Source: the human T2T-CHM13v2.0 reference genome, Homo sapiens. Taken from it: a DNA stretch of 64,000 nt. Below, piece after piece: positions 1 to 13,735 of this stretch. Each line of letters starts with the position of its first letter. Within the stretch, counting starts at the first letter, position 1. The notes beneath the pieces were generated by a model. It did no database searches and was not told the origin of the DNA. It worked only from the letters and a program-made list of their open reading frames with translations. The stretch lies in the NCBI RefSeq assembly GCF_009914755.1, contig NC_060925.1; one strand, 5' to 3'. The position numbers were made by a program, and so were the translations under genes.

Positions 1-165
1 CAATTTTTCACAATTTTGCTCATGAAACAAAGTTAATATACATTGAACCATCAGAAAGGGTCAGGTGTGGATTTTCTGCTTGCGGCATTATGTCAACACT
101 CAAAAGGTTTTAGATTTTGGAGCAATTTGGATTTCAGATTTTTGGATTAGGGATACTCAACTTTT
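1..165. mobile_element. MER46/Tigger4-type DNA transposon end
   Basis: Terminal motif GATTTTGGAGCAATTTGGATTTCAGATTTTTGGATTAGGGATACTCAAC is typical of Tigger4/MER46. Confidence 0.7.
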
Positions 166-2507
166 ATTCTCTTTATTTTTTATAGATAATGCCTCAAGAA
201 AGTAATTCATACCATTTGCACAACCACTATATAGCAGAGCCAAGATTTACATACATTGTATAAAATATCTTCTAATTAATTATATTGTTAATTCAATATT
301 AAAGACAGATGTGCAAGGATTGAAAATATTTGGGACTCCAAAATTTAAGATAGATTTTATACCATTTTATTCCTACACTATAAGGTGGGAAAGATTCATT
401 GGGAGCAGTATAACATAATACAGTCATTTGAATTTGATAGGTATATGTTTGTTGAATAAAAGAATAAGTAAGGTAAATGTTATTTGGTGATAACTTTGTG
501 ACCACTTGAAAATATTTTACTAGTTTAATAATATTTTATATAATTAATAATAGTTAGCAAGCACAGATTAGTCTAATCTTTTCAAGTGTAAAGTAATTAA
601 AACATATACTAGGCTACCTTTCTACCACATTGAGATTTGGACTTCAGAGTGAATTGAAATTATTAGCCTCCTTTTCAGCAATTGTTCTATAAATAAAACC
701 ATGCAAAAAGTTGTCCTATAGGAAACTATAATTCTATAGGATTCTTCAAGACCCAGAGATAAATTTCTTTGGCTTATTAGACTTATGGATTTGACAAATT
801 ATATTATAATTACATAATGTATAATCTGAAGAGTTTAAGTTATGTAGGCACAAAAAGTTTGAGTACCTATTTATTGAAAGAGCAGAGACATTGTGAGGCT
901 ATCCCTAATATCAGAGTTGTTCATTCTGAGCATATAAGGGTTTGAGAAAGTTGAATAAAATACATTTTCTGTCATTTCTGAGTTTAAAAGTTACATACAA
1001 CTTGGAAACAAAAATGAGTTGTGGAGGTGATCCCTCTCTCTGACTCAAGTGGAGCTTGTAAAATTTTGGAGAGGGTGGCAAAGGATAGAAAGTGAAGACA
1101 GAAATTCAGATTTTATTGAGCAACTGGTTTATGTAATATGCTGGATGGGGATATTTGTAAGATGAATTTGATTTTCCAATTTAAGCACAGTAAATTACAT
1201 TTCCAGGTCAATGTCTGGTCTTAAACTGTAACATATTATGATTATACTTTGTGGTTTTAAGCCATGGAAGAAAGTTTCAGAAATCGCTAAAGAGAGTAGG
1301 ATATGGGTGTGAAATTAATGCCATTTAGAAATCACGTCATATCATCTGTGTTCTCCATGCCAGTTTTATTTTTGTAATTTATTGTTTTTTACTTTGCATT
1401 CTGTTTATTATTTAAATTCCTTTGTTTCATAAGAGAGCTGAAAACAGGTTAGTGAAGCTGCAAGAAAGTAAGTCTTTCTTTGTCTGAGGAAGTTGTCACA
1501 CAAGATTATTGAAATAAAAATAGAATGCTAGGTATGCTTTGAAAAGGCTTTTTTAAAAAAGGATTGCATGGTTGGTGGAACAGTGGATGATGGACTAAAA
1601 GCTACTGATTTCTTTTTTTTAAAGGATTTTGGAAGTTCTACTAGTAGTTACTGTAAGCTAACATTTCCTGCTTTCAAATTATTTCTACTTATGTTGTGGT
1701 AAAACTGTTCATTTCCTTTCTTTCACTCTTGGTAAATAATTGAACAAGATAGAGCATAGAAAAGGGGGTTTTTAATTTGATTTTTTAGTGATATGTTTGT
1801 TTTTTAATGGTAGATAGCTAAACTTTGTAGATATCTTTCATAGGGGAATGAATTCTATGAACAAGCCATCAGCAGATATGTTTCATAATTTGGCCAACAT
1901 GTTCATTGATTTGTTTTTACTGTTTCCCTTCCCTTCTGTGTGCCAGGTACCTGTTTGTGTGGTACATGTGTAATAAAAATAAACAACTGTTTATAACTGT
2001 TACTTGAATTAAGGGCCCACGTAGATGAACAAATGACTACCAGGCTAAACTGTAATTATATTTAATCTCAAGGTAATTTCCATCCATATAAAGAAAATCT
2101 AGAAGAGCTTAATAGCAATGGTTGCAAATACTAGTGCCAGCACATGCAACACATTTTTAGTTGGAGAGGTCGTAACAGAAGGGTAGGAAGCAAACCAACC
2201 AAATAAATGTGTTGGTTTTAAAAATAAAAGAATATTCATATAACTGCTTTTGATGATCACAGTTTTTTGGACTATCCCAAGGCAAATATATTTGGAAACC
2301 GTCCTATTCATTCTGCTCAAGCAGCCTGGTTTCCTAAGCAGGTCGAGAGTTTTTCCTTTTATTCTTCTCAATATATTTCTCCTTAAAGGTCTGCAGGTTG
2401 TCTATTTTTTTTAAAAAAGTATTATCTACCTTGCATTTTCATTGTAATTCATTTCATTTCAGTTTCATATAATTGCATCCAGACAGTTGAATGGAGTCTT
2501 CACTTAA

Positions 2508-2877
<370 letters not shown>

Positions 2878-2985
2878 ATCAGTTGTTTTTTGTTTGTTTT
2901 ATTATATTGAGAAGTCCACAGCAAAGAATCACAGTGAATGAGCCAGTTGCTGTGTTGAGTCAACGGCTTAAGAGTGGCTAAGGCC

Positions 2986-3255
2986 GAGATTGCAGAAATT
3001 CTTTTGGCCTTTCCCAGATGATCACAAAGTGACTGTTGCAGTTCAAGCCATCATATTTGTATTACAGGCAGAAAAAAGGAGGTGTCTATCAAGAAAGCAG
3101 ACATTTTCCAGAAATTTCTAGAAAGCTCTGCTTATGTCTTATTGAACATAAACTGTGTCAACTATTTAGGCCTGGCTTCAAAGGAGGCTCAGAAAGATAA
3201 TATTTTAACTAGGCACATTATGATTTGAAAAAAAATTTGGAGTCTTTTTAGTAAG
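2986..3255 (-). mobile_element. MLT1J/K-like MaLR LTR fragment
   Basis: Degenerate MLT1 motifs (GCTTATGTCTTATTG...AAAGGAGGCTCAGAAA...TTTAGTAAGG). Confidence 0.5.
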
Positions 3256-3425
3256 GATCCACCCTCGGCCTCCCAAGGTGCTGGGATTAGAGGTATGAGC
3301 CACCGTGCCTGGCCATCCGTTGTTTTTTGTTTGTTTGTTTTATTATATTGAGAAGTCCACAGCAAAGAATCACAGTGATGAACCAGTTGCTGTGTTGAGT
3401 CAACAACTTAAGAGCAGCTAAGGCC
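3256..3425 (+). repeat. ~170 bp direct copy of 2816-2985 (Alu head + unique flank)
   Basis: Both copies read ...CTCGGCCTCCCAA...CCTGGCCATC...TTATTATATTGAGAAGTCCACAGCAAAGAATCACAGTG...GCTAAGGCC. Confidence 0.93.
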
Positions 3426-4639
3426 AAGCAGCAGCTGCTTGCTGCAGCACTCCATCATATGCTAAATTGGAATTGAGCAAAGTGTCTGGGAAGAGACAGT
3501 AAAGAGAGGATTCATGTTGAAAAGAGAAATAAATATTTATTTATTGCATGGGATGCAGCCAGATGATTTAGGTCATTAATGAGTTGAGGAAGTAACTTTA
3601 AACTATCAAACATAAGAATAATACAATGAAGACTCTATTAAGAGATTATTAATCTGGCTAAGAATTGTATATAGAAAAAAATGAAGAGCGAAGATGAGCT
3701 AGGATAGATACTAGGATAGATACTTTGGAACAATCTCAAGATGAGGTGATTCAAAGCTTGGAATGGGAAGAAAGGAAAAATTTCCAAAGAAATTCCAAAG
3801 GAAAAATCTATAGCATTTGGCAGCTGATGATTTATAAAGGAGAGAGAAGGAAAAGCTGATTCCATGATTTTGAGACCAGACCACTGAGAGACTAGTACTG
3901 CCATTCAAAGAAATGGATAAAATGGGAGGGACAGTGTGAGATTTATGCATCTTGAATTAGAGATGTCATTGGTGGGTATTTTTGTGTATCTCTTGTAACA
4001 GATTGGTGTGTATTTCTGTGTATCTCTTGTAACGGAATACCAAGTAATTCTTGACTGATGAATTTCATTTTCTTTCCTTTTTGTTAGATACTACCAGCCC
4101 CCTCACAAGTTAGTGTCCCTTTCCATCTGTTGTATTGTCTTAGACTTCTCCTCATTCACCACCTTGATGCTTTTACAAGATAACAAAGCTTATGGAGATA
4201 GGCATGGGGCAGCAAGAAATATAGAGTGGGAATCTGCAGAGAAAAGAAAGATGAGCCCTCTTTCTTTGCTTGTTTTCCCTGTTTGTTTGTTTGTTTTTTC
4301 TCTGCTTTGCCTTGGGCATGATTGGGATTACTGAGATTATTCCTCTTGTCTATATTGTTGCATTAGTATTTTAACTGGTGTCCCTAATTTATTATTTTTC
4401 CATCTTAATTCCTACAATTCACCCTGCATACTGCTGCCAAGATGAGTCATCCTTACATACTGCTTTTGTTATATCATTATCCTTCTTGAGAACCAGCGGT
4501 GGATTTTCAGTGTCTATCAGATGAAATCCAAATGCTTTAGCCTGGCATCTAAGGCCCAGGACAGTCTGTCCCCACATTACCTTTTCAACTCAGTTCTAAC
4601 CAAACTGTTCTACTAACAGTTCCTTGAATCTGTATTCAT

Positions 4640-5250
4640 TAGTTCATTTAAAAATACTCATTCACTGATTCTCCTTTATGCCTAATGCTGGAGATACCAA
4701 CATAGAATAAGGTACCCATGATTTGTACTTTACTGTAGCCTCTAAGTGCAAGAGACAGAAGAAAACAAAAAAAAATTAACAACCCAAACAAAACAATTGC
4801 AGCTTATGACAGTTTGGGAGAAAGAAAGAAATATGGTCCCTTCATGAAATATGGTGGGAGTCAGGGGTAGAGAAGACCTTTTTGATTGGGTAATGAGGGG
4901 ATAACAGTTAAACCAAGATCTGAAGGATGAGAAGAATCAACTGTGAAGAGTCAAGGGGCAGAAGATTCCAAGCAGAGGGAGCAACAAGAGAGCAGAGGCC
5001 CTGAGGCTGGAAAGAATGTGTTCGTTTTAGGATTTGTCAGAAGACCAGTAAGGCTAGAGTAGGACCCAGTAGGGAGAGGAAGGAATGATACGAGATCAGA
5101 TCGGGAAGGTAAACAGGGGCCACATCAGACAGGGAATTGTAGGCCACGGTGAAGAGTTGTGATTTATCAATATAGTGGGAAGGTGCTGAGGAGTTTGAGG
5201 TGGGAAGTGACTTGATCTGATGTACATGTAAAGAGATCACTCTATTTTTG
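4640..5250 (-). mobile_element. L2 LINE fragment
   Basis: Degenerate L2 motifs (CAGAGGGAGCAACAAG..AGAGGCCCTGAGG, TGTAGGCCACGGTGAAGAGTT, GACTTGATCTGA). Confidence 0.7.
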
Positions 5251-8200
5251 CACATGTGGTGTCCATGTCTTGGATTACCTGTCCTCTTCCCTCCAGGCTA
5301 TCTCCTACCCATCCTTCAAAATCCAGCTGAAATCCTACCACCTCTGCAAAACTTTTGCTTTACTTCTGTGGACCACTAGAATACTTCTGTAGGTCCTAGA
5401 ATAAATAGTCTTTCCTCCACTGAACATCCTTAATGTAACCACCTCTCATTTATGGCTTTATCTAACACTACTCAAAGATAATTACCTTGAAGGTGGTGGT
5501 GCTTTTTTTTTATTTAACTGTGTCTCTTCCTCCTCTTCATCCCATGCCTAAAGAAATGCTCTGATACTTAATTTTTAATATATACTTAGAGTTGGGAAAT
5601 TTTTGCCTTTTTATGATTCACAAAAAATAGCTGTTCTATAGCTGTATCTTACCTCCCTCATTTCCTCTGGTTGGCCTTACTTCCCTCTTATTTCTTGAAG
5701 TCATTAGTGTATCCATTTTTAACTCTTCCCAAACCATTAGATTTTCTCCCACTTAGCAGAGCCTCTTCTGAACTCTCTACTATAAGGTAAACCTGGAAAT
5801 AAATAGATTTCTTAAGTGGAAAAAATAGGGTTAATGGTAGAGCTGCCTTTATATACTTGGAATGTTATTACTTTGCTAAGAATGATTATTGTGTTGATGA
5901 TTTATTGGCAGTTGCATGGGTAATTTTTCCATGAATAGTTTATATTCATTGTATTTGATTTACTAATTAATTATTTAGTTTATTAGAACCTTCACAAGAC
6001 CCCAGAGGTTTAGATTCAATCAGCTTGCATTGATCCTTCTAGGATATTAGTTACTTCTTTGACCCAAAGGAGCCAGTTGCTGAGCCCCCTGTACCTAAGT
6101 GACCTTCAGAGTCCTGTTAGCTTTCAGTGAGATCACATTCACTCTTTCTGCCTTATGGCAAAAATCTGTTTCTACTCAAACAGATGGTTTAGCTTTCAAC
6201 AAATAAAAACTAGAGATCAGCATCTACTTAAGCCAACAGAGTTGGTTTGAGCCTCCCACTAACTCTCCAAAGTCTGTTATTTTTTATTTTTTAATGTTAA
6301 GCTCCTCCTAATGGATTTATCTTTGTACGGGGAAATCAAGAACCTTGCACTTTGTCAGAAGATGAGCCACTTCATATAATCTCAAGTTTCTATGTTTTAG
6401 AAGAATTGCTTAGTAAGCACAGGTTCGACTGCTCTGCGTTCTCTCTTTTGCAGTTACACCAACTGGAAACATTGGGGATCATAACTTTCTGTGGAGTGTT
6501 ACATAGGTGTGTCAGCAGTTACATGATACTTTCTTTGTTATTTAAGACATCTGCAAGCTGAGGATGGCCAGTGTCATTTCACAGATGTACATGCCAAAGA
6601 CATGGTAGTTTTCATTGACATTGGGAAATACTCCTTCTCTTGAGCTTTTACAAATAAAAGTTAGAGAGTGCTAAGAAATCCACATATTTAAAAAAATCTA
6701 GAATCTTGACATTGAAAATATAAATGCAGATTGTTAATTATATGTTCCTGTGTTAAGAAAGCATTCTTGCTTTGGGGATCTTGAGTACATCAGACAAAAG
6801 TTGCCTTTGAACTCAACCAAGTATCCATAGAGATATTTGCCTCTATATGTATTATTAATTTTACAGAAACAAATGCCTAGCTTAAATATAATATTTAGAT
6901 TAAATAGTGAGACAAATGTAACCTGCACAATAGTTTGCTGCTAGGAAAGGAATTGTTAGGAAGGCCATATAAGCAGTTTCTTTGAAGATACCTAGGACCT
7001 ATCTCTTTCTTTTCACTCTATTATGTAGGACAGAACCTTGTGGGAAATGTGATCTACTTGGCATCATTATGGTATGGATTAGGACAAAGAAAGATGCATT
7101 AATATTCCTGTACTCATGCCATAAAATATCATGGTTAAAAAGGCTTTAGTACAAAGTTATCCATGGTAACTCCCTTCGAGGGATTGGATTCCTTTCTGCA
7201 ACATGTTGCTCTGTGGCCAACCAGTTTAGATATAATCACCGCCATGTATAGAGACTGCCTGCTTTAAATAGCTCTGGCAATTTGTAAATTGTTCCTTTTC
7301 TGTCTCTTAAATCCACAGGATTATATATAAATATAATATTTCTTCCACATGACAAACCTTCAGCTGTGTGTATACTATATACCCTCTGAGTCTTCACATC
7401 CCAAGACCTTCCGGTTTTTGGAAGCTATTCTTGTGACCTGGGTTCATGGTGCCTCGATTCTGGTCATTCTCTTCTGAATGGGCTCTGGTTTTTCCACATC
7501 TGTTAAAGAGGGCTGATGAATGCTGAGCATAGTGGAGGATCTCCTAATTCTATATAGTGTATTTCTATTGGTGAAACCAAGGTGTTTTTTTCTAGTTACA
7601 TCATACATTGTACCTTCTGTCAAATATAGTCTTTAGCTTTTTCATATATGTTACTACCAAGCTTTTTAATTTTATTTGCTGATTTGGATTTTTGGCCTGA
7701 ATTTAGAACTGTGTTTTTATCCTGATTAGATACAGTTTTTCATTAAGTTCCTTACTCAATAAACATTCAGAGAAGGCTTCCCTAAGTCCATGGAATAGGT
7801 TAGGATCCCTTCCCAACTTTATGTACCCAGAATACTCCAAACTTTCTTATTTTTGTAACATTCATCTTACTTGTAATCAGTAGTTATCATCAACTTCCCT
7901 GCTAAATTGGAGGCTTCTTAAGGTTAGGACCTTATTTATTCAATATTCTTTGTTATTCCTACTGCCTGACAAGAGTAAGTGCTTAATACATAGTAGCTGC
8001 TCAAAAATGTTTGTTGAATTGAATTAAATATATGAAGTATCTATATAAGCCAGGCACTGTCCATTGTATCTAAGAAAAAAATGTAATTAATTAAATGAAC
8101 ACACAGTGAAATTTGAACTGAATCTTCAATACTGGCCAAGTGAATGAGGCATTCTGAGCATAGGGAACAGTATAAGTAGGGATATCAGAGAAAGAAAAGT

Positions 8201-8527
8201 ACTTAGTCCATTTGGGGAATTAAAGTTGGACTAAAGTGCACATGGATCAAGGTACAGATGAAGCTGCAGAGGCAAGCAGAAGCCAGTTCATCATGGCCTT
8301 GTGTAGGACATGATACAGAGTTTGACTTAAGCCTCTGAGTAATGGGGAACTATTAAAATATTTTGAGCAGGGAAGAGGCACAAACAGAGTTACATTTCAA
8401 AAGATTTCCCCAGCAGCAACATAAAAGATAGATTAGAGGGGATTATGCTTTTATAGGGACAACAGTTAGAAAGTTATCATCTAGGCAATAGATGATGGGT
8501 AGTTCATATTTAAAAAAGGATTCTTTC

Positions 8528-9009
8528 TGTATACTATCTATTGTGTGTAACAAATTACTCCAAAACCTAGCAGCTGAAAGAAAACAAACATTATCTCAGA
8601 CAGTTTCTGAGGGTCAGGAATCTAGGGCCAGCTTAGCAGGGTGATTCTGCTTCCGGATCTCTCTTGAGATTGAAGTCAAGCTGTTGACTGGGGCTGAAGA
8701 CTTGATTGGGTCTCAGGGATGTGCCTCCACATTCACTCACGCAGCAGGTGGCCTCTTTCTGGGGCTGCTCACAACATGGCTTCCCCAAAGCAACTGTTCC
8801 GTAAGAGTGAGAAAGCAAGTGAGTAAGAGCACTCCCAAGATGGAAGCCACTGTCTTTTAAACTTAATCTTGGAAGTCTCATACCATCACTTCTGCTGCGT
8901 GCTGTTGGTTACTTAGACCAACCCTCGTACATTGTGGGAGGGGACTGTACAAGGGTATGAATACCAGAAAGTGGGGATCATTTGGGGGCATCCTAGAGGC
9001 TGCCTTCCA
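8528..9009 (-). mobile_element. MLT1F-like MaLR solo LTR
   Basis: TGTGTAACAAATTACTCCAAAAC...CAAGATGGAAGCCAC...GGCATCCTAGAGGCTGCC motifs. Confidence 0.8.
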
Positions 9010-9604
9010 TGCTGCTTGTCAAAGAATGTAAAGAGTAAGTCTACAAGTCCATAATATTTTGATGGCTTATGGAGATAAGAGGGCAGAACACTCCACCTAG
9101 AAACTATCCTATTACCTAGAGCAGGTAAATAAAGTCATTTGCTTGACTGAAAGGTAAGAGGGTTAAAACCCACCATTCTAAATGTCAAGTAATAGTTACG
9201 TTGCAGTCTGCTTAGTTTTATACTATAAATTATGATGATTTGGTTCCATGTTTTTTTTTAGTATAATGTGATTGCTGTTCAGCTTTATATTCAGCGCATA
9301 GCACTATGCCAAGTAATGTACAGGTTTCAAAAGAAGACTAAAATGTGATTCATGCCTTCAGAGAGTTAATTTACTGGAAAACAAGGCATACATAGATCAT
9401 AGAAAATCTTAGACCCCAGAGAAAACTTAGGGGAGTTTAACACAACAGCCTCATGAAACAGCTAAGAAAACGGGTTGAGGGAGGTGAATGGCTGATCCAA
9501 CCCAGCTACTGACAGAGCTGAGACCAGATCTCAGACCTTTAGGTCTGTAGGCAAGCATTTTATTTAAATATAAAATGTAATTTGTTTACGATACCAAGAA
9601 CATT

Positions 9605-9752
9605 CTTTTTTAAATATAATGTAAAAAACATTTATAGAGACAGGGTCTCACGGTGTTGCCCAGGCTGGTCTCAAACTCCTGGGCTCAAGCAATCCTCCTG
9701 CCTCAGCCTCTTAAAGTGCTGGGATTACAAGCGTGAGCCACCACACCAGGCC
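9605..9752 (-). mobile_element. FLAM (free left Alu monomer)
   Basis: Single Alu left arm with a decayed tail; TSD AAGAACATT at 9596-9604 and 9753-9761. Confidence 0.88.
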
Positions 9753-11454
9753 AAGAACATTGTCTGAGGACTTAAATCATTTTTCTATTTGAAATCAGAA
9801 TGACTTAGTATTTGATGTGGGGAAAGGCAAGACATAAATGTGTTAGAAGACATTTCTGTCTTCTCTTGAAAGACCAACTCATCCTGTCACTGATTACTGT
9901 GTGACTTTGAGCTAAATTACAACACATTAGTAAATACAGAAGAAAATAATGAGCAATGCCACATCCCTTGCATTTTTTAAAGCAAGGACCAGCCTAATTG
10001 ACAGTGAGATCTTTATATTAATTTTCCCATTTAAAATAGATAATATTCAGTGTTCGATGAAGAAAGAATTATGGGGTAGATTATGAAATAATAATTGGAA
10101 TACTATTACTGTTAATAGTAAAAAATGTCTGAACTATACTGTTGGAATAATAAGAGTAGAAATGAGTAAAATTAAGTATTTACAAGGTTTAAAGTATTTT
10201 GGAGTTTTGTTTCCTTTTTTAAAAACAAAATGCTTTTTAACTGTTCATTGCCTATATTACCAAATAGTTTTAAGTTGTACATTCAGGTTCAGCTCCCCTT
10301 TTTTGAGTACCCACCATTTATGTTAAGTATATTACTGGGTTCTTTAACAGATATAATTGCATTTGGTCCTCATAAAGCCTATGTGAGATAAACATTTTCC
10401 CCATTTTACAGCTGAGATAACTGAGAAATTAAGAGAACCACAACTGAACTTTCTGCATGGTCCTTTGAGGTCATTTTTCTGAAAAGCAAGTGCTAACTTT
10501 TAATAGTGTCTTTAGCCTTTCCCTCAGGCAACAGCGTATGACTAAGTCAAGACAGCAGAACTAAATACGAGTTTATGTTACCATAATTTCAGAGTAACAG
10601 CTACTGTTTTATGTTCTGGTCATCTATTACATAAATATTTAATACTGAGCACATAATTTGGCATGATGGCAGCAAAAAGATGTCTATCCTGGAGTTTCCA
10701 TGATAAACCAGAAAGGCTTTTTTTCCCCACCAGTATGTTAAAATATGGAGAAATAAATTAGGAGATGGTAAGCTATAGCTTTCTTATCATCTTAAGTTTA
10801 CCTAATTAAAGCACTTTAAAATAAATTCATTCCATCCAAATTTAGCAGCCATCTATTGCAAAGTTTGCTTCCTTTTTCCATGACATTTAAATATACAAAA
10901 GCCTTTTTTTTTAAAAAAAAGCATTTTTTAGTAGGTAAATGTCAGTCACTTTCTTAAACTAGCCTGTCCTAGACCAACAGACCAGTTCTACTTTCAAAAC
11001 AAAACATAGCATTTAATAGTAAAAATAAACTGTCTTCTCACTAATGAATTTACTGTCTGCATTTCCATAGATGTGGCCATGTGTTTTCCCAGGAAAACTG
11101 GCTTGAACTCAAACTAAGATAGCTACTAAGATCCATTTAGACAAAGTGGGCTATAAACATGAGAAATCTTCCGCCCCCTATTCTGTGTTTGGTTAATTTT
11201 GCTGCTCTCATACATTCTAGCAATGTACCATTCTGTTCTCCCTTTTACTCCAGGGAGCCTCATTTGGCATATAGTTAGTCATACGCATACACCTTTGAAA
11301 ACAGTCAATGTAACTCCCAGTTATTAAGAACCTGATGGGTGCTAGGCATTGCCTTATGAACTGAGAGGTACAAATATGAAAACTATATAAAAGCTCCTGC
11401 CCCAGATAAACTATGATACAGAAGAACATTTGTTAGCTACTTTTTAGGTGCTGT

Positions 11455-11930
11455 GTATCAATCAGTTTTCTTAGTTTCAGGTGACAGAAACTAACTCTGG
11501 GTAACTTAAGTAGAATTTCTAGGAGGGCCAAAGAATCTGACTTGGAGGTACGGTAAACAAAAACAAAGTCCTAAATTACACCACAGAGCTGGACATAGAC
11601 CATAGCTTACATCAGTGATAGTGCTGATCCTGAACTGTACTTCCAGAACCAAAGCCATGGCTGGCCCTTGCAACTAGATACCACTCCTTCTAGGCCTTCT
11701 AGGGCCACCCTTCTTTCCAGAAGAGTCTCCTTTGCAGTCTGGAGCTGGTGCATCTGTGTGGCAGAGCCTAGGCCATATGCCTGTACCCTAGTTACAAGGA
11801 AGTCTGGGAAATAAATTATCTGGTACTTTATACACTTAACTAGTAGGAGGTCAGCTCTATCTCACAAGATAGGAGGTTCTGTAAACCTAGGTATGCAGTC
11901 AGGCACTAAGTGGCCAAAAACTTCTATCAG
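11455..11930 (-). mobile_element. MLT1K/L-like LTR fragment
   Basis: TTTCAGGTGACAGAAACTAACTC...GGCAGAGCCTAGGCCATATGCCTGTACCCTAG motifs. Confidence 0.55.
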
Positions 11931-13173
11931 CAGCATTTTGAATAATCAGAGAAAATTCAACACAGGAGATGAGAACCAGGAAACAACAACCAAAAAAGAA
12001 ATATGGTGAGTTTGGCCTTAATATCACAAAAAGATGAAAAAACAATGTGTTCCTAAACCAGTTTACAAACCCACAGTTAGTGAAAGGCTAGGTGATAGCT
12101 TATATTCTCCAAAGTTATAAAGTCCTAAAGAATGTAGCCTCTACTTGAGACCCATTTGGTCTGTGCAGGTACAGGCACTATCATCTCTCTCTGTAAAGGG
12201 TCAGTATGATGTTTAGGAAAGCAACCCACATTTGGAGTCAAAGCCTTTTGTTCTTACCCTGCGCAGCCCTTAACCAGATGTGTGACCTGTAAGCAAGGAG
12301 TTCAGTTAGTATCCTCATCTATAAAATGAGAAGGTTGAGGTAGGTGATCTTTAAAGTTCCCCCTTGGCTCTAAAGTTCTATACTTTGTACATGATAGGCC
12401 AGTGACAACTAATGTTTTTACTCAAGCCGATTGTATGTTTTAGAAGGCAAATAAATTATGAGCTTATTTTTTGATGACAGTACATTTTCATAAACCCAAA
12501 ATAATTAAATCTCCACCTCCCACTTAGTTTAGTTGTTTTGGGTTTTTTAAAACAATTTTATTTTCCCACACAGTACAGTTTAAGCATTCAAGTTGCAGCA
12601 GGGGAAATACTCATTGAATTTGTCATCATTATTTTTGGCTTCTATCTTTATGAGAGCCATTTTAGTTTTCTAGTTTCAGTGATCTATTTTTTAGATTTTA
12701 AGCTACAATATATTTTAACATTTGAGTATTAAATTGCATTTGTCATAATGAATTAGAACCTTACGTTTCTTTCAAAAATAGCTTTATCTCAATATGAAAT
12801 GCAAGATTATTCACATTTATTATAAAGAGGAGAATTTTTGAGACATTCTATATCCACTGGTCAGTTACTGTTTTGATTTGGTGATGGAAAATCATAGCAA
12901 ATTGTACATTTAAAGTAAACCAAATAAATAACTTTATGCAGAGATAGAGATTGAAGTAGCCATTTGGAGATGAGAATTTTATCTCCATGCCTTCAAGAAA
13001 GACCATATGTAAACCAGGTCAGAAAAATAAAAATTACACCATATTTATTTTAATAGGACCATCTTAGAATACAAGACATAACACAAGAGAATTTATTTCT
13101 GGAATGACGTGAAGGAATTTATTATACAAACTGCTCCATCTAAAACATGTTCCTAAAATGTAGGTTCGTAGAA

Positions 13174-13457
13174 TTTTTTTTTTTTTTCCCCTGGGGACAT
13201 AGTTTCACTCTGTCACCCAGGCTGGAGTGCAGTGGTGTGGTCTTGGCTCACTGCAACCTTCGCCTCCCAGGTTCAGTCTCTCCTGAGTAGCTGGGATTAC
13301 AGGTGCACACCACCATGCCTGGCTAATTTTTGTATTAGTAGAGACGGGAGTTTCACCGTGTTGGCCAGGCTGGTCTCAAACTCCTGACCTCAAGTGATCC
13401 ACTCGCCTCAGCCTCCCAAAGTGTTGGGATTACAGGCGTGAGCCACCGCACCTGGCT
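13174..13457 (-). mobile_element. AluS (Sx/Sz-like), antisense, small internal deletion
   Basis: Reverse-complement Alu lacking ~15 nt around AGCGATTCTCCTGCC at ~13275. Confidence 0.93.
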
Positions 13458-13735
13458 GGTTCCAAGAAATTCTAATATTTGTTCTGTTTTTAAGGAGAAA
13501 AATTATTGAACAACTTACCTCTAAACTATAGTCCTTTAATGATAAACACTACTGTTAAAAAATTCTTATAATTAACATAATCTGATATTGTTACTTAAGT
13601 CTTTGAAGAAATAGAGAAAAACTGGCTAACATCCCTTATGACTGCATGTTTTTATATATTAAATAGCAGTATCGAATTGCCTTCCACTATCTTTTTCAGA
13701 CGAAATAATATATATTTAAACCTTGCAAGCCTTAT

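Noticed and set aside
3700-4033. Short direct repeats CTAGGATAGATA x2 and TGTGTATCTCTTGTAAC x2 (also a 20-bp tandem at 56521-56562)
   Set aside because: Ordinary slippage micro-duplications with no further structure.
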